Positions 63,907 through 64,000 of a DNA stretch of 64,000 nucleotides are shown here, piece after piece. The stretch comes from Bdellovibrionota bacterium (GTDB taxonomy: Bacteria > Bdellovibrionota_G > JALEGL01 > DATDPG01): assembly GCA_035292885.1 (NCBI GenBank), contig DATDPG010000187.1, positions 857-64,856 of the forward strand. Reading direction: 5' to 3'. Under the pieces are notes generated by a model. The model made no database searches, was not told where the DNA came from, and worked only from the letters and a program-made list of their open reading frames with translations. The position numbers and the translations under genes were made by a program. Every line of letters starts with the position of its first letter. Within the stretch, counting starts at the first letter, position 1.

Positions 63907-64000
63907 CTTCACTGCTGTCCAAAACAGGACAGGTTTAACGACTGACCCCGCATAGGAGAGCCTTTTCCGGGCGACATTTTGTGTTTTTCTGATCCGGGTC

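Noticed and set aside
63907-63935. Hairpin ctgtcc-aaaaca-ggacag after nucleotidyltransferase module 3 as a terminator
   Set aside because: Only a 6-bp stem and no following T-run. Possibly structural, but too weak to call.

Overview
The window is a high-GC (about 60%) bacterial chromosomal segment. Several features are typical of Myxococcota or other deltaproteobacteria: a MYXO-CTERM-like sorting tag, an AgmX/PglI-type TonB-C domain, DUF4388, and zinc-ribbon/proline-rich membrane proteins. I found no rRNA, tRNA or CRISPR.

The first ~8.5 kb is a low-GC accessory island dense in toxin-antitoxin-like and nucleotidyltransferase-fold genes:
- a DUF433/DUF5615 pair;
- two tandem copies of a [small protein + minimal nucleotidyltransferase] module, separated and followed by a conserved ~70-nt element carrying a 15-codon micro-ORF;
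- two lipoproteins;
- a Tam41-like nucleotidyltransferase;
- Phd-VapC;
- an AbiEii-like nucleotidyltransferase.
A third [small protein + nucleotidyltransferase] module sits at the far end of the window (63.3-63.9 kb).

The remainder is mostly core genome: proC, truA, asd, psd-pssA, comEC, uvrC, uvrB, cysS, a uvrD-like helicase, ychF, secA, recN, gpsA, plsC, groES-groEL, peptidases and a GGDEF response regulator.

Embedded in the core region are several less ordinary loci:
- a Fur-headed operon encoding an outer-membrane beta-barrel, a secreted FMN-binding protein with a flavinylation motif, a His-rich 4-TM protein and ApbE (candidate Fur-regulated extracytoplasmic flavin-based reductase system);
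- REP-like inverted repeats, once inside the apbE 5' region and once flanking a RayT-type transposase remnant next to secA;
- an 827-aa ORF that fuses a MYXO-CTERM-like tail in frame to a beta-barrel with its own signal peptide;
- a CADD-like di-iron protein paired with YjbQ;
- an N-terminally truncated ZnuA-like binding protein overlapped by a GT2 glycosyltransferase;
- a frameshifted TonB-like (AgmX/PglI) gene;
- a perfect 32-bp palindrome.
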